Assembly: GCA_963665115.1 (NCBI GenBank)
Contig: OY762007.1
Location: 6,592,001 to 6,656,000 of the forward strand
Direction: 5' to 3'
DNA: 64,000 nucleotides
Source of the DNA: an uncultured Rivularia sp.
GTDB taxonomy: Bacteria > Cyanobacteriota > Cyanobacteriia > Cyanobacteriales > Nostocaceae
A program made the position numbers and the translations under genes. The notes beneath the pieces are model-generated. The model was not told where the DNA came from and made no database searches. It saw nothing but the letters and a program-made list of their open reading frames with translations. Positions 40,472-52,974 of the stretch are shown here, in pieces; positions within the stretch are counted from its first letter, which is position 1, and each line of letters starts with the position of its first letter.

Positions 40472-41623
40472 ATGAAAATCTTATTTTTAGATCAAAGCGG
40501 TAAACCCGGTGGTGCCGAATTATGTTTAATAGATATTGCCAAACCCTATCAAAATGATTGCTTGGTAGGATTGTTCGCCAATGGTTCTTTTAAGGATTTA
40601 TTAGAAAAAAATCATATTCCGGTACGGGTTTTAACAAATAAAGCTATACAGGTTAAAAAAGAAAGTTCTTTTAGTCAAGGATTAGCAAGTATTACTCAAC
40701 TTGCACCTTTAATTACCAAAGTAATTAAAATAGCCCGAAATTACGATTTAATTTACGCTAATACCCAAAAAGCATTAGTTGTCGGCGCGATAGCAAGCAT
40801 TTTCAGCCGCCGCCCTTTGGTATTCCACCTACACGATATTCTTTCAGCAGAACACTTTAGTAAAACTAATCGCAATATTTCGGTTACATTAGCAAATCGT
40901 GCATCCTTAGTTATTGTTAATTCTCAAGCTAGTAAAAAAGCCTTTATTGAAGCAGGTGGGAAAGCCGAATTAGTCGAAATAGTTTACAACGGTTTTGAAC
41001 CGCAAAATTATATAAGTCAAGAATCCGAAATTCAGCAAATTAGACAAAAATTAGAACTAGACGATAAATTTATCGTCGGACACTTCAGCCGTCTTGCACC
41101 TTGGAAAGGACAGCATATATTAATTGAAGCATTCGCAAAATGTCCGCCAGAAGTTACGGTAATTTTAGTTGGAGATGCTTTATTTGGCGAACAAGATTAC
41201 GTCAAACAGCTACATCAACAAATTGAAGAATTGCAACTACAAAACCGAGTCAAATTTTTAGGTTTTCGTAACGATATTCCCCTTTTAATGGCGGCTTGTA
41301 ATTTAGTCGCGCACACCTCCACTTCTCCAGAACCTTTTGGAAGAGTCATTGTAGAAGCCATGCTATCCGGAACACCCGTTGTAGCAGCAGCAGCAGGTGG
41401 CGCAGTTGAATTAGTAGAGCCTGGTGTAAATGGTTTTTTAGCAACTCCAGGAAATCCCCAAGAGCTTACCGAAATTATTAACACTTGCCTATCTGACAAA
41501 CAAAAAACTGACGCTATCGCACAAAAAGCACGTAACAGCGCCAGCCAAAGATTTCATGTCGCAAATATCAATCGGCAAATCGCTCAACTACTTCAACAGT
41601 TACCAGTAAACAGCGAACAGTGA
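40472..41623 (+). CDS. Glycosyltransferase family 4
   Basis: GGAELCL, SRLAPWKGQ, EPFGRVIVEAMLSGTPVV. Confidence 0.92.
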   Translation: MKILFLDQSGKPGGAELCLIDIAKPYQNDCLVGLFANGSFKDLLEKNHIPVRVLTNKAIQVKKESSFSQGLASITQLAPLITKVIKIARNYDLIYANTQKALVVGAIASIFSRRPLVFHLHDILSAEHFSKTNRNISVTLANRASLVIVNSQASKKAFIEAGGKAELVEIVYNGFEPQNYISQESEIQQIRQKLELDDKFIVGHFSRLAPWKGQHILIEAFAKCPPEVTVILVGDALFGEQDYVKQLHQQIEELQLQNRVKFLGFRNDIPLLMAACNLVAHTSTSPEPFGRVIVEAMLSGTPVVAAAAGGAVELVEPGVNGFLATPGNPQELTEIINTCLSDKQKTDAIAQKARNSASQRFHVANINRQIAQLLQQLPVNSEQ

Positions 41624-41667
41624 ACAGTTATCAGTTGGGAATTGGGCATGGGGCATCGGGCATTGGG

Positions 41668-42001
41668 AATAGTTAGGAGTAGAGAGTAGGGAGTAGTAAG
41701 TAGAAAGTAGGGAGTAGTAAGTAGAGAGTAGAGAGTAGCAAGTAGTAAGTAGTAAGTAGAGAGTAGAGAGTAGCAAGTAAATCACTTTTTATTATTGTCA
41801 TAAATGTCGCTGCTAATTGCGTCTATTTTTACTCATTACTCATTACTCATTACTTACTACTCACTACTCACTACTCATTACTCATTACTCATTACTTACT
41901 ACTCACTACTCACTACTCATTACTCACTACTCACTACTCATTACTCACTACTCACTACTTACTACTCACTACTTACTACTCACTACTTCAATAATCTCCC
42001 C
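41668..42001 (-). repeat. Composite element copy 2, inverted, with expanded heptamer arms
   Basis: Shares both termini and the core with 40240-40440; longer (TACTCAC/TACTCAT)n array. Confidence 0.85.
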
Positions 42002-42009
42002 ATCCCCCC

Positions 42010-42285
42010 TCACGCTGCTTCTCGCAACTGGGGTTTTTGCGATTCCGGAAACGTAAACTGCAACTGTTCGGAAACGGGTGCTTTTTCCTTCTGCAAAACT
42101 TCAATCTCAATATTTACGCCGATCAAATAATTACCTCCATCAGCATCAACTGCTTCTGCAATTAACTTGGCAATATCTGGACGCTTGGAACTAAGCACAT
42201 CGCGCAAAATACATCTATCCCATTCGTGCTTGGCAGTAGGGTTGATACTCAGAATAAAATGCTTAACCATCTTAGCAATATCCAA
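42010..42285 (-). CDS. Hypothetical protein
   Basis: 91-aa ORF with normal composition; start uncertain (ATG at 42269 possible). Confidence 0.6.
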   Translation of the reverse strand: MDIAKMVKHFILSINPTAKHEWDRCILRDVLSSKRPDIAKLIAEAVDADGGNYLIGVNIEIEVLQKEKAPVSEQLQFTFPESQKPQLREAA

Positions 42286-42630
42286 TATTTAAATATTTAT
42301 CTTCTCGAAGGCTTTTATATCGCCATTTAGCTTATTATAGTACATATGAACCATAAAAACAATATTTCTTCAGGAGTAGGTAAAAATCGAGGAGAAAAAT
42401 AGATGATTTCGGTTAAAAGCCTTATAACTAGTCGTTTCTTAGCAATGACACAGATTTGCGATCGATCAAAAAGCTTGCTGCTAAAGGATGAGACAAGTTT
42501 ATTCCTACGGTGAAATAATATGCTGACGGGGAATTAATCGTTTGTCATTGATTCCTCTAATTTAGATAGAGCAGAGGGAGCGGAGGAACCAAAAAGTTTT
42601 AAATAAGGGATAACTGCTCGCTGCTCACTG

Positions 42631-44226
42631 TCAATTGTTTGCTGAATTCAGCCAAACTGATTGTTGCAATACGGGAATACTTATTCCAGCTTTATCGAAG
42701 GTAACTTTAAGACGACGACGATATTCTCTGGCTACATCCCATTGTTTGAGGGGTTGAGTTTTAATCCAGATGCGAATTATCAAACCGCGATCGCCAAAGT
42801 TCTCAACTCCTAAAACTTCAGGTGGTTCGATGATTTGATGTTCCCATCGCGCATCTTTATCCATATCTAAACCAACCGTTTCAATTAGCTTCAAAGCTTG
42901 ATCGACATCCGTTTGATAAGCGATTGGGATGGTCAAATCGGCACGGGACCAGCGACTTGAAAGGTTGGCAACTATTTTAATTTCACTATTGGGAATTGTA
43001 ATCAAGCGTCCTTCTGCATCGCGTACCTGTGTTATCCGTAAGTTGAGGTTTTCTACCTTACCCCCCACATCACCCACATCAATTACGTCACCCAAAGCGT
43101 ACTGGTCTTCTACAATAATTAAAAAGCCATTGATTGCATCTTTAATCAAGCTCTGAGAAGCTAAAGAAAGAGCAACACCGACCAAACTTGCACCGGCTAA
43201 TAAGGGAATGATATCTATTCCTAAAGCCGTTAATGCCACCAAAACACCAATTGCCAGCCACAGAAGAGTAATTATACTTTTTGATACACCAGAAAAAGTA
43301 GAAACTCGTAGTTGGAGTCTTTCGGACGTTTCTGGAGTTATTAAAGTACTACTGCGGACGAAAGCAGTGGTAAAGCGGTCAATTAATAGATAGGTGAGGC
43401 GAATTGCTACATAAGTTACCAGTGCTACAATACCCAACCTTAAAGGAATTCGTATGGCAGCGATAATTCCGACTTCAATTGCTCGCGTATAGGGAAACAA
43501 ACTCAGTATTAATAAAGTTCCGCCAGTCCAGATTACAGCCTGAGTTAGCTGAAAAAAACGTCGTTTGAATTCTAAAATATGCCGATTTTGCTGATGGCTC
43601 AGTTGTGTTGTAATTGGTTTAATTACTCGTACATCTGAAGTTGGTGGCTTTAACATAAAATTTCGTTTGGAACGTTGCGATAAACGCCAGACTCCCCAAC
43701 TCATCAGAATCATTCCCCCGCCAATAGCCACAGCTATCTTGCTTTGATTAATAATAAATTCAGGTTGTCGCTCTAGCATCGCTCGTTCTAAACTATCTTG
43801 AATATCTTGCTCAAGATTCCTAGCTAAAATTTGAGGCTGAACCTGTCGTAACTTTGCATCTTCTTGAGTGACAGTTAAAAGATATTGGTCATTAACGTAA
43901 ATTACTGGTAAGCCGTTTTGAGTCCGAATTTGAACATTAAGTTCTTTATCGGATGATTCCAGGTAATTTTGGCTAATTTTAGCAATTTTTAGATTGATGT
44001 CTTGCAAGCGCTCATTTATACTAGCCCTGGGAGCAGCTATTTGAAATAAGCGCCGACCATCTAAATAAACCCAACTACTAACAACTTTGTTTTCTAAATC
44101 TTTAATATCTAAGGAAGGTGGTTGTACTTGAGGTAAAAAGGGAAACTGCGCCATCCCCACCTTGGCATCAATCCCCACAATTACTAATAATGAACATAAA
44201 GCAATAACAATAAATCGATAACGCAA
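42631..44226 (-). CDS. MscS-family mechanosensitive channel
   Basis: LIKDAINGFLIIVEDQYALGDVI....GKVENLNLRITQVRD.EGRLITIPNSEI; TTG start preceded by AGGAGG. Confidence 0.92.
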   Translation of the reverse strand: MRYRFIVIALCSLLVIVGIDAKVGMAQFPFLPQVQPPSLDIKDLENKVVSSWVYLDGRRLFQIAAPRASINERLQDINLKIAKISQNYLESSDKELNVQIRTQNGLPVIYVNDQYLLTVTQEDAKLRQVQPQILARNLEQDIQDSLERAMLERQPEFIINQSKIAVAIGGGMILMSWGVWRLSQRSKRNFMLKPPTSDVRVIKPITTQLSHQQNRHILEFKRRFFQLTQAVIWTGGTLLILSLFPYTRAIEVGIIAAIRIPLRLGIVALVTYVAIRLTYLLIDRFTTAFVRSSTLITPETSERLQLRVSTFSGVSKSIITLLWLAIGVLVALTALGIDIIPLLAGASLVGVALSLASQSLIKDAINGFLIIVEDQYALGDVIDVGDVGGKVENLNLRITQVRDAEGRLITIPNSEIKIVANLSSRWSRADLTIPIAYQTDVDQALKLIETVGLDMDKDARWEHQIIEPPEVLGVENFGDRGLIIRIWIKTQPLKQWDVAREYRRRLKVTFDKAGISIPVLQQSVWLNSANN

Positions 44227-44479
44227 TTAATACCTCCTTTACTTATTTGGAGTAAGCTGACACCGATTTTGGCAAATAGTTTCTGCAAATGTACCTATCG
44301 ATAGTCGAGTTTTAACCAATTTGGATATCTAATTGTGATATGCGATACATATAAACAAAGAAAGAACTAGTTGAAAACCATATATGATTTCCAAAATAGA
44401 AGTAAATCATGGTCTTTATTTGCCAGACTTGTTCTAATCTAGTAGAGTGCGTCTTTTTGGATGCAACATTTTTAATTAA

Positions 44480-45772
<1,293 letters not shown>

Positions 45773-45844
45773 TTTAATTTCAAACTTGAATTAGATTTGA
45801 ATCAAATTTAAATTTAATGTGAATTTAATTTGAATTAATTATGG

Positions 45845-45872
45845 GATGGGCTTTGATGCCCATCTTTTTTTT
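45845..45872 (+). terminator. Intrinsic terminator of ahcY
   Basis: GATGGGC-tttgat-GCCCATC followed by 8 T. Confidence 0.75.
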
Positions 45873-46099
45873 CGTTGAATATAGCAGCACAGCCCGCTCA
45901 GCCCCTTTTTCAGGTCGGTTTGAGGGGATGTCAACCTCTGGAATGCATATCTTAGATGCTTATTAATAAATCACTAATTCTGTTTTCTGATTTGTTAAAC
46001 TGATTTAAGCGATACTTGATTTGCTTTGATATTAGTAAATATACTGATTTAGTTCTCATCTTGATGAATGACTTTAGGATGTATCCCTTTTTTAAACTT

Positions 46100-46597
46100 A
46101 TGAGCACAAAAGTTGCGAAAATCGTCAGTTTGTTCGCAAAACCAACCAATATGATTGCTGAAAATAAATTAAGCAGGTTGTGGGTTTCCAAAATACCTGA
46201 AGCTGAAATTGAACTTGAAGACTTGCAAAAAGCCGTTATTCATCTTAAAGATGCTGTGGATGTCATGAAACCGTTAGAAAATTCTCCACAGAAAGTGGAA
46301 ATACATGATTTCACGACTGCATTTTGGTTTTTGGAATCTGCGAGAGAAGCACTATCCCGAGCCAGTATTCCCAATGCAGCCTCTTCTATGAATAAAGCTA
46401 TTAACAATATCAAGGCAGCTTGTCAAGCAAAGTCAGTAGTACACCAAAAAATGCTGATTGCAGGAGTATTAGATGCTTTGAATAGGGTTTTAAATTCGGT
46501 AGAAAAATCAATGGCTAACGTTGTAACTCCTATAGTTACGCATATGAATTATGAGCAATTACTATCTAAAATTGCAGTGTATGAGCAGTATTATTAA
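46100..46597 (+). CDS. Hypothetical helical protein
   Basis: Open frame 46016-46597; ATG start chosen, but uncertain. Confidence 0.5.
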   Translation: MSTKVAKIVSLFAKPTNMIAENKLSRLWVSKIPEAEIELEDLQKAVIHLKDAVDVMKPLENSPQKVEIHDFTTAFWFLESAREALSRASIPNAASSMNKAINNIKAACQAKSVVHQKMLIAGVLDALNRVLNSVEKSMANVVTPIVTHMNYEQLLSKIAVYEQYY

Positions 46598-46800
46598 AGT
46601 TTATGCTACTAATTTTAAGCTTGTGGAGGAGTGCAATAGGATTTCAGGCAATACTATTATATAGAGTCCTTATATTTTCTCGCGATTGAAGCACGGTCAA
46701 AAATAAACTTACGTTATGTTAAACACCTCTATACTTGACATTGGTTGCGTAAGTTTTTTTTATTGCATATGAGTGATAAGTGATGCCTCCAAGACGCTAA

Positions 46801-47258
46801 GGGACATCCAAAAATAATTTATCCAAAACAATCGTAGTGCGTTAACGTTACCCTAATACCATTTCTTTATAAAGATGCGCCTAATTCAGCCCGTGCAGAC
46901 GGGCTTTGTTTCGATAGCCCCAGTCTTCCAGACTGAGGGCGATTCAGCGCAGCCTTATACAGAATTGGTATAACGAGTCAGTAAGCTGTTGCTTGCGTCG
47001 CCCGAAGGGCGATACACGCAGTGCGGCGAGCGTCCGTAAGGAGATGTATCTTGCTCGCGATATACCCCTCTTTTGCAGGGAGATGAAGTACATTACTATG
47101 CTTTACAATTCTTATGGGATAAACATCCCGGAGCATCCGAATGTACTTCACTAAAATCAAATATGCTGTATCTCCAGCGGACAGGCTGCGTTAGCGGAGC
47201 GAGACGATAGTCTTAGGCAGCATTACGGTAGTTGAATATTTTTTAATTCGGAAGTCTC
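46801..47258. mobile_element. MITE family A, copy 1 (contains nested insertions)
   Basis: TAA|GGGACATCC...GGAAGTCTC|TAA: imperfect TIRs with a 3-bp TAA duplication; left end homologous to 61991. Confidence 0.65.
46857..46970. mobile_element. MITE family B, 114 bp, copy 1
   Basis: TAA|TACCATTTCT...AGAATTGGTA|TAA; colinear with 62191-62304. Confidence 0.85.
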
Positions 47259-48036
47259 TAAAGCCAAGAGCAACAGCTTCAAAAGAACTTTATCATAGTT
47301 GATAGTTTGAATAAGATATTGCTGCCAGTTTGGCATTATTTGAGATAATTTTCTCCTTAAAGTAAACATACTTGCTTTCTATTTTCCACCTACACATCGT
47401 TTTCAAAGGCAAAGAGTTGACTTCTCTAATCATTTATAAGCAGGCATCACCTAACAAACACGGTAACTGATTGATTCCTGCCCACCTAGTAAGCGTTTCA
47501 TGACCAAAAATAAACTGATTAATAACCAGTGATACCTTCAGGGGTAAACTCTTAACCCTAGATAAAATTCTTATCCTGTTAAATTGGAATCAAGAGTATG
47601 ACATATGAGATAAACCCTACAAATTATTCCGGAAGCTTGAAACAATGAAAAATAGTCTCTCTCCAAACTTCTGTAGAAACTGTCTTAATAACTTTTCTTT
47701 CCGACTCTATTTTTTTGCTTAAATTATTTCTATAAACATAATTTGAGATAAGTGCGATCGTACAATTCATAAACTTTTTTATGATAGAAGCAAGACTAAC
47801 TCCGGATCGACTACCTTAAACTAGAAACTAAAACGGGATTTACGATCAAATATAAAAGAAGCGTAATTTTATTTAAAGTAAAGAACAAACCATTCTATCA
47901 ATGTTGGTACCGAAGACAGTAAGAGTGAAAGTAATTAAAATTATAAATTATAAATCTTAGCGTTATTTTTGTTCTTCTTGTCCCTTAGTTGCTTATACCG
48001 TGAAGGGAAACCATTATCTGCTTAGGCCCAAAACTG

Positions 48037-48528
48037 ATGTTTAAAATCCCAAATTCCAAAAACTTAGCTAGTCCATTGGACTATAAAGGAGTTTACCCTT
48101 GTCCAGTATGTAGAGTAGGAAAAATCCAAAATATGCCTTTAATGGAGGCAATGTCTTGTGATTTTTGCCATCAAATTTTTACCGTCAACTTAGAGCAACA
48201 GCAACTGAAAATGCCTTCGCGGGAACCTCCCTTAATTTGGCGCTGGAATGGCTTCTATTGGGCGGAGGCTCATTTAGAAGGAGTTGAATTTGGCTGGGGT
48301 TATATATTAGCTACAATAGCATTTGTATTACTTCCCACCAGTCTAATCGGACTAGTTGCCTATAATTTTCCCCCCGATCCAAATGCTCCTCTATCCTGGG
48401 TTCCTTACATTTGGACAATACTGACATTTTGTTCTCATCTAACAATTATAATTTGGCTGTTCGTAGAAGTTTATCAAATTCCAATCAAGGCATATTTTAG
48501 AGCTTTGCAACAGCGTTTTCTTAGTTAA
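48037..48528 (+). CDS. Zinc-ribbon plus two-TM hypothetical protein
   Basis: CPVC...CDFC followed by two hydrophobic helices. Confidence 0.75.
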   Translation: MFKIPNSKNLASPLDYKGVYPCPVCRVGKIQNMPLMEAMSCDFCHQIFTVNLEQQQLKMPSREPPLIWRWNGFYWAEAHLEGVEFGWGYILATIAFVLLPTSLIGLVAYNFPPDPNAPLSWVPYIWTILTFCSHLTIIIWLFVEVYQIPIKAYFRALQQRFLS

Positions 48529-48786
48529 TAAACGAAATGCAAAATATAAAAGAACATTTTAAATAACTAAGTAAATAATTTCCCATTTTTAAACCCGGTA
48601 TCTCAAAGATATCGGGTTTCTTTATTTTGAGTATTTAGTATTAATAGTACAGTCAATAAATTTTATTTTGATCGCCATTACTTAAATAAAGATGTAAAAT
48701 GCTTTACATGATTTCAAATACAGCTACCTTCGTTAATGTGAATATTTGCGCTAACATCCTAATAATGTAAACCAATCCACTGCAAT

Positions 48787-49152
48787 ATGGAGCCAGATTC
48801 ACTAGTAACAGAAGTAATTTTAACCTCCGAGCATCAGTCTCTAGGCAGCATGAAACTTGATTGGACACCACAACCTGGAAACTATATTGACTTAAATGGT
48901 AAAACCTACGCAGTTTTAGAACGTCACCACCGCTACCAGTTAAAAGAAGGACGTTATTGCTTGCACAAGATAGCGATTTATGTACAGTCAGCAAAAAGAC
49001 CAGATGAACAAACCCTAGTGAATGGACGTTGGGTGATTGGTAATGCCAACTGTACTTATAACGCTCTTTCAGAAATTATCCGCTGTGCAATTAATCCAGT
49101 AGGACCTTGTGAAGGTTGCAAATATTTTGAAAAGGTAATTGCTAATTGCTAA
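48787..49152 (+). CDS. Conserved cyanobacterial protein (DUF6464-like)
   Basis: LERHHRYQL..GRY.L, IGNANC.YNA.SE..RCAINP.GPCEGC..FE. Confidence 0.7.
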   Translation: MEPDSLVTEVILTSEHQSLGSMKLDWTPQPGNYIDLNGKTYAVLERHHRYQLKEGRYCLHKIAIYVQSAKRPDEQTLVNGRWVIGNANCTYNALSEIIRCAINPVGPCEGCKYFEKVIANC

Positions 49153-49243
49153 TTGCTAATTGCTAATTGATAATTGATAATTGATAATAATCGCTTTAAA
49201 AAAAACATTTAACTCCTAACTCCTAACTCCTAACTCCTAACTC

Positions 49244-50248
49244 CTAACTCACGCTCCCTAATTCTTCTCCTACAGTTAAACGGGTACCGTTGACAAAATC
49301 CCATCCCGACTGGGGGCGTTTACCAGCTAGCTGTACTTCTCGTAATAACAATAAACCATTCCCGGTTTGTACAATTGCTCCTATATTTTTAACAATACTG
49401 ACAACTTGCCCAGGTTTACCTGACAGGTTTGATAAATCTGGCAATTTATCTTGGATTTCTTGCTGTAATTGTGGCAATCGCCTCAAGTAGTCAGGATCGA
49501 GGGGAGCGGTAGCTGCAATTTTGATTGTTTGATTGCGAAATGTGGCAACACAATTAGGGTAAAAACCCCGAATTTTATTATGTAACTGTATGGCACTCTT
49601 AGACCAATCCAAATGGTAATCTTCTTTTTTGATCAAAGGTGCATAAGTTGCTTGAGAATTATCTTGAGTCTGAGGTTCAATTTCTTTGTTTTGAAGTTTT
49701 ATGAGTGTTTCTACTAACAAATCTGCACCTATTGATGCTAATTTTTCTGCTAACTCGTGAGAATTATCGAGCAATCCAATGGGTGTAGTAGCTTTTAATA
49801 ACATTGGGCCGGTATCCATACCCGCGTCCATTAACATAGTAGTGTTGCCGGTTTCTTCTTCTCCATTATGCAAACACCATTGAATCGGGGCTGCACCGCG
49901 ATATTTCGGTAAAATCGACCCATGCACGTTAACGCAAGCAATTTTCGGCATATCTAGAATCTCTTGCGAGAGAATTTGTCCGTAAGCAATTACAACAAAT
50001 ACATCCGCATCCACTTCCTTTAATTGATTTAAAGTCGATTCGTCTTTTTTTATTCGAGTCGGTTGCCACACGGGTAAGTCGTGTGTCAGAGCAACACTTT
50101 TCACGGGAGACGGTGTAATTTTCTTGCCACGCCCCCTAACTTTATCTGGCTGAGTAACAACTGCAAGTACTTCAAATTCTGAACGATCGAGCAATTGTTC
50201 TAGGGTCGGAACGGCAAATTGAGGAGTACCAAAAAATATTACTTTCAT
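49244..50248 (-). CDS. fmt: Methionyl-tRNA formyltransferase
   Basis: [44 protein letters not shown]. Confidence 0.97.
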   Translation of the reverse strand: MKVIFFGTPQFAVPTLEQLLDRSEFEVLAVVTQPDKVRGRGKKITPSPVKSVALTHDLPVWQPTRIKKDESTLNQLKEVDADVFVVIAYGQILSQEILDMPKIACVNVHGSILPKYRGAAPIQWCLHNGEEETGNTTMLMDAGMDTGPMLLKATTPIGLLDNSHELAEKLASIGADLLVETLIKLQNKEIEPQTQDNSQATYAPLIKKEDYHLDWSKSAIQLHNKIRGFYPNCVATFRNQTIKIAATAPLDPDYLRRLPQLQQEIQDKLPDLSNLSGKPGQVVSIVKNIGAIVQTGNGLLLLREVQLAGKRPQSGWDFVNGTRLTVGEELGSVS

Positions 50249-51024
50249 CTTTTTCAACACGGCTAACGTCCAATTGTAAACAGTAACACTACCGATAAAC
50301 TTTTTAAGAATAAGTCAAACGGTAGAGTGGCACTAGTAAATCTATAGACTATAATTATGTAGAGTAAGTCGAATATTGAAAATTTAATATTTTTATCAGT
50401 TGAGTTACTTATTTTTTTATTATTTAGAAGGAAACTGAGCATCTGTAGCGAAGTTTCTATATTATTTTGGTTACTTGTACTGTTGCAATTGAAACTTATA
50501 CGTGTTTCACTGTAATAAAATATTCAGTAGCATCTATAATACGGCTTTAATTTTTGTTCTACTATTTTTGGGATATTCCACATCATCACCGGAATCGGGG
50601 GTTGAAATGTGGAAGTTAAATTAGCACACGCTACTTAACACCTAGCATTCTACTTGTAATATCTGTACAAAGTGATTTCGGTTACATTAGTTTAGGTGTA
50701 GTTACTTTTCTGAAAGAGCGAGTTTGTTGTAGCTAATTTAACCTTTTTGGCCCAATGTTAGGTTTTGTTGTCATTTTCAGGTTTTTTGTAGCTACGCGAC
50801 AATATTGTTGTTAAGCGGACAAAAATTCAATCGTAATTTTTCTAAACGATTGTTTAGAATGTGAGTAAAAAAAGATACTTTATTTTCGGGAAATATGCGA
50901 AATTAAAGTACTGAATGTCGCTAAATCTTAAGTTCCCTGTTATACATATAAAAGATAGCCTCCCCCATTGCCGCGAGGCATTGCTCCTCCCACAGCAACC
51001 GCCCTCTAGAGAGTCAACCAAAAA

Positions 51025-52380
51025 ATGCTGAAACATCTTTTATTATCAGGATGGTTCCGCGTACAACCATTCCTTAAGTACGTATTAGTCGTAGTACTGA
51101 TTGCGCCTTTAGTCGGAGCGTCAGGACATTCGAGTTCGGCTTATCTATCGCAATCGCAAGCAACTGAAGTTACTGCCGAGATGCCAGAATTGGACTCGGT
51201 GTTAGTAGAGGTTCCGATTGCTAGCGAATACAAATTATCGCAACCAGAAACTGTCAAAACTTTGACACCGGAAAATAATTCTGAGTCAACGAAACTGGCT
51301 GCGGTTGTAGAGCCTGAAATTAAACAGCCGACGTATTTAATAGAGTCTTTAACGATAGAGACTTTGACTGGAGAAAAAGAAGTAACATCTTTTAATAATT
51401 CTTCTTCTATAAATGAAGACCCATTTAGAGAAGTTGAACTTGCTCCTCCTGTTAGTAATCCTGAACTAGAATCAGGAAAAATTTCTCCTTCTCCCCGCAG
51501 AATTAAGTTGGTACAGCGTTTAAAAGCTGCAAAAACTCAATCTTCAAAAAAAGATACTTTAGTAGCTAAATTGGCGCGTGTTAAGTCGCTCAAGGCAACT
51601 AAATTAGTCGCTTTGAGAAGAAATTTGATTCCCGAACCGACAGATGCGCCTGTAAGCGAAGAACCAGAACAATCAGAATTATCGCAGCAAGATCCAATTG
51701 GAAGTCCTCATCCAGTTCCCTGGAAATGGATAACGGCGACTCAAGAAGCTGTAAGTTCCAAGAATGGTTCGGGAGTACGGTATTACCGTAGCGCACCCGT
51801 AATGTCTCCAGATGGTCGTTATTCTATTTACAGCCGCGTAAGGTTAGAAGTTAAACCGCAAATGCACAAAAGCCGTGTTAGCAGCGTGTTGTTTGTGGAA
51901 GACAGAAAAACTAATAATTTGAAAGTTGTTGCATCTACTTCTGCTTTGGTAGATCCTCTGCTTGAAGCGAAGGAAATGGGTGGCGAAGCTAGTCAAATTC
52001 CAGGAAAAATCGGCGTATTAGTTCCTGTTGGCTGGTCAGAAAATGGCGAGCGTTTCTTAGCACGTAAGTTTGAAGGCTTATTCAATACTGCTCACGCTAC
52101 AGATCAAGCCCTTATCTGGAATCGTCAGAAAAACCACTCTAATACAGTTGCTCCTTCTCAGAAGAATCATCAGCATGATATTGCAATTTTATTAGGTTGG
52201 AGTAAAAATACACCTGACAACGTAGTATTCCAAGCTGGCGAAATGGGTCAAGAAACTTGGCCTACAATTACAGTTGCCAATGATGGTAGAACAGTTGCTA
52301 CACCAGAAGTAGACCAACCTACCACTTTTGGTAGAAAGACTACTGATGTTTGGGCTGGGCCGCAAGTTGCTTATCAATAA
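51025..52380 (+). CDS. Exported hypothetical protein with a low-complexity linker and a beta-rich C-terminal domain
   Basis: Signal-like N-terminus; DPIGSPHPVPW, SPDGRY, VPVGWS motifs. Confidence 0.8.
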   Translation: MLKHLLLSGWFRVQPFLKYVLVVVLIAPLVGASGHSSSAYLSQSQATEVTAEMPELDSVLVEVPIASEYKLSQPETVKTLTPENNSESTKLAAVVEPEIKQPTYLIESLTIETLTGEKEVTSFNNSSSINEDPFREVELAPPVSNPELESGKISPSPRRIKLVQRLKAAKTQSSKKDTLVAKLARVKSLKATKLVALRRNLIPEPTDAPVSEEPEQSELSQQDPIGSPHPVPWKWITATQEAVSSKNGSGVRYYRSAPVMSPDGRYSIYSRVRLEVKPQMHKSRVSSVLFVEDRKTNNLKVVASTSALVDPLLEAKEMGGEASQIPGKIGVLVPVGWSENGERFLARKFEGLFNTAHATDQALIWNRQKNHSNTVAPSQKNHQHDIAILLGWSKNTPDNVVFQAGEMGQETWPTITVANDGRTVATPEVDQPTTFGRKTTDVWAGPQVAYQ

Positions 52381-52407
52381 GTTAACAATTTTTACAATAC
52401 TTAAAGT

Positions 52408-52442
52408 AATCCCGTTCTAGTAAACACTAAAACGGGATTTTT
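52408..52442 (+). terminator. Terminator-like hairpin
   Basis: AATCCCGTT...AACGGGATT followed by T-run. Confidence 0.55.
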
Positions 52443-52641
52443 CATTATTGGTAATAGGGCATGGGGCATGGGTATAGAAATTAACTTATTAACCTATTTT
52501 CTATTTTTTTAATTGTTAACCCTTGAGTAATTTGAGTAATTGTCATTAAAAATAAAATCCCTCTACATTTATTTATATATAGAGTTTTTTATGTTCAATG
52601 CCCTATGCCCTATACCCAATAAAGAGATATTGCTTAGAAAA

Positions 52642-52944
52642 TTACTCAGACTTTTTTTCGCCTGTTTCCGACTCCGCAGCAGAGTCTTTTACTCGACGAA
52701 TGGGTACATTGGCAATCAAAGCTGTTGTACGCTGGTTGCTTTCCAACGAAAACTCCAAGCCATCAGCTTCAACTTCCACGTAGCGACAAACAATTTCTAA
52801 GATTTCTTGCCGCATTTTCTCTATCATTTGAGGGCTTAAATCAGCCCTATCGTGAGCAATAACTAATTGCAAACGACGTTTAACATCATTGCGACTGTTG
52901 TCGTTACCGCGAAAAAAAAGTCGTTCTAAAAGTTCAAGAATCAT
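52642..52944 (-). CDS. minE: Cell division topological specificity factor
   Basis: [12 protein letters not shown]...[14 protein letters not shown]...ANVPIRRV. Confidence 0.96.
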   Translation of the reverse strand: MILELLERLFFRGNDNSRNDVKRRLQLVIAHDRADLSPQMIEKMRQEILEIVCRYVEVEADGLEFSLESNQRTTALIANVPIRRVKDSAAESETGEKKSE

Positions 52945-52974
52945 TGCAGCCCTATGAGCGCATACTGGATTTAA

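Noticed and set aside
41600..42130. ORFs with (THYSLL)n or (YYSLLST)n repeats
   Set aside because: Translations of the heptamer arms of the composite element.
47262..48036. Hidden gene or sRNA in the long intergenic stretch
   Set aside because: Only short ORFs without recognisable motifs and no convincing structure; it cannot be excluded without expression data.
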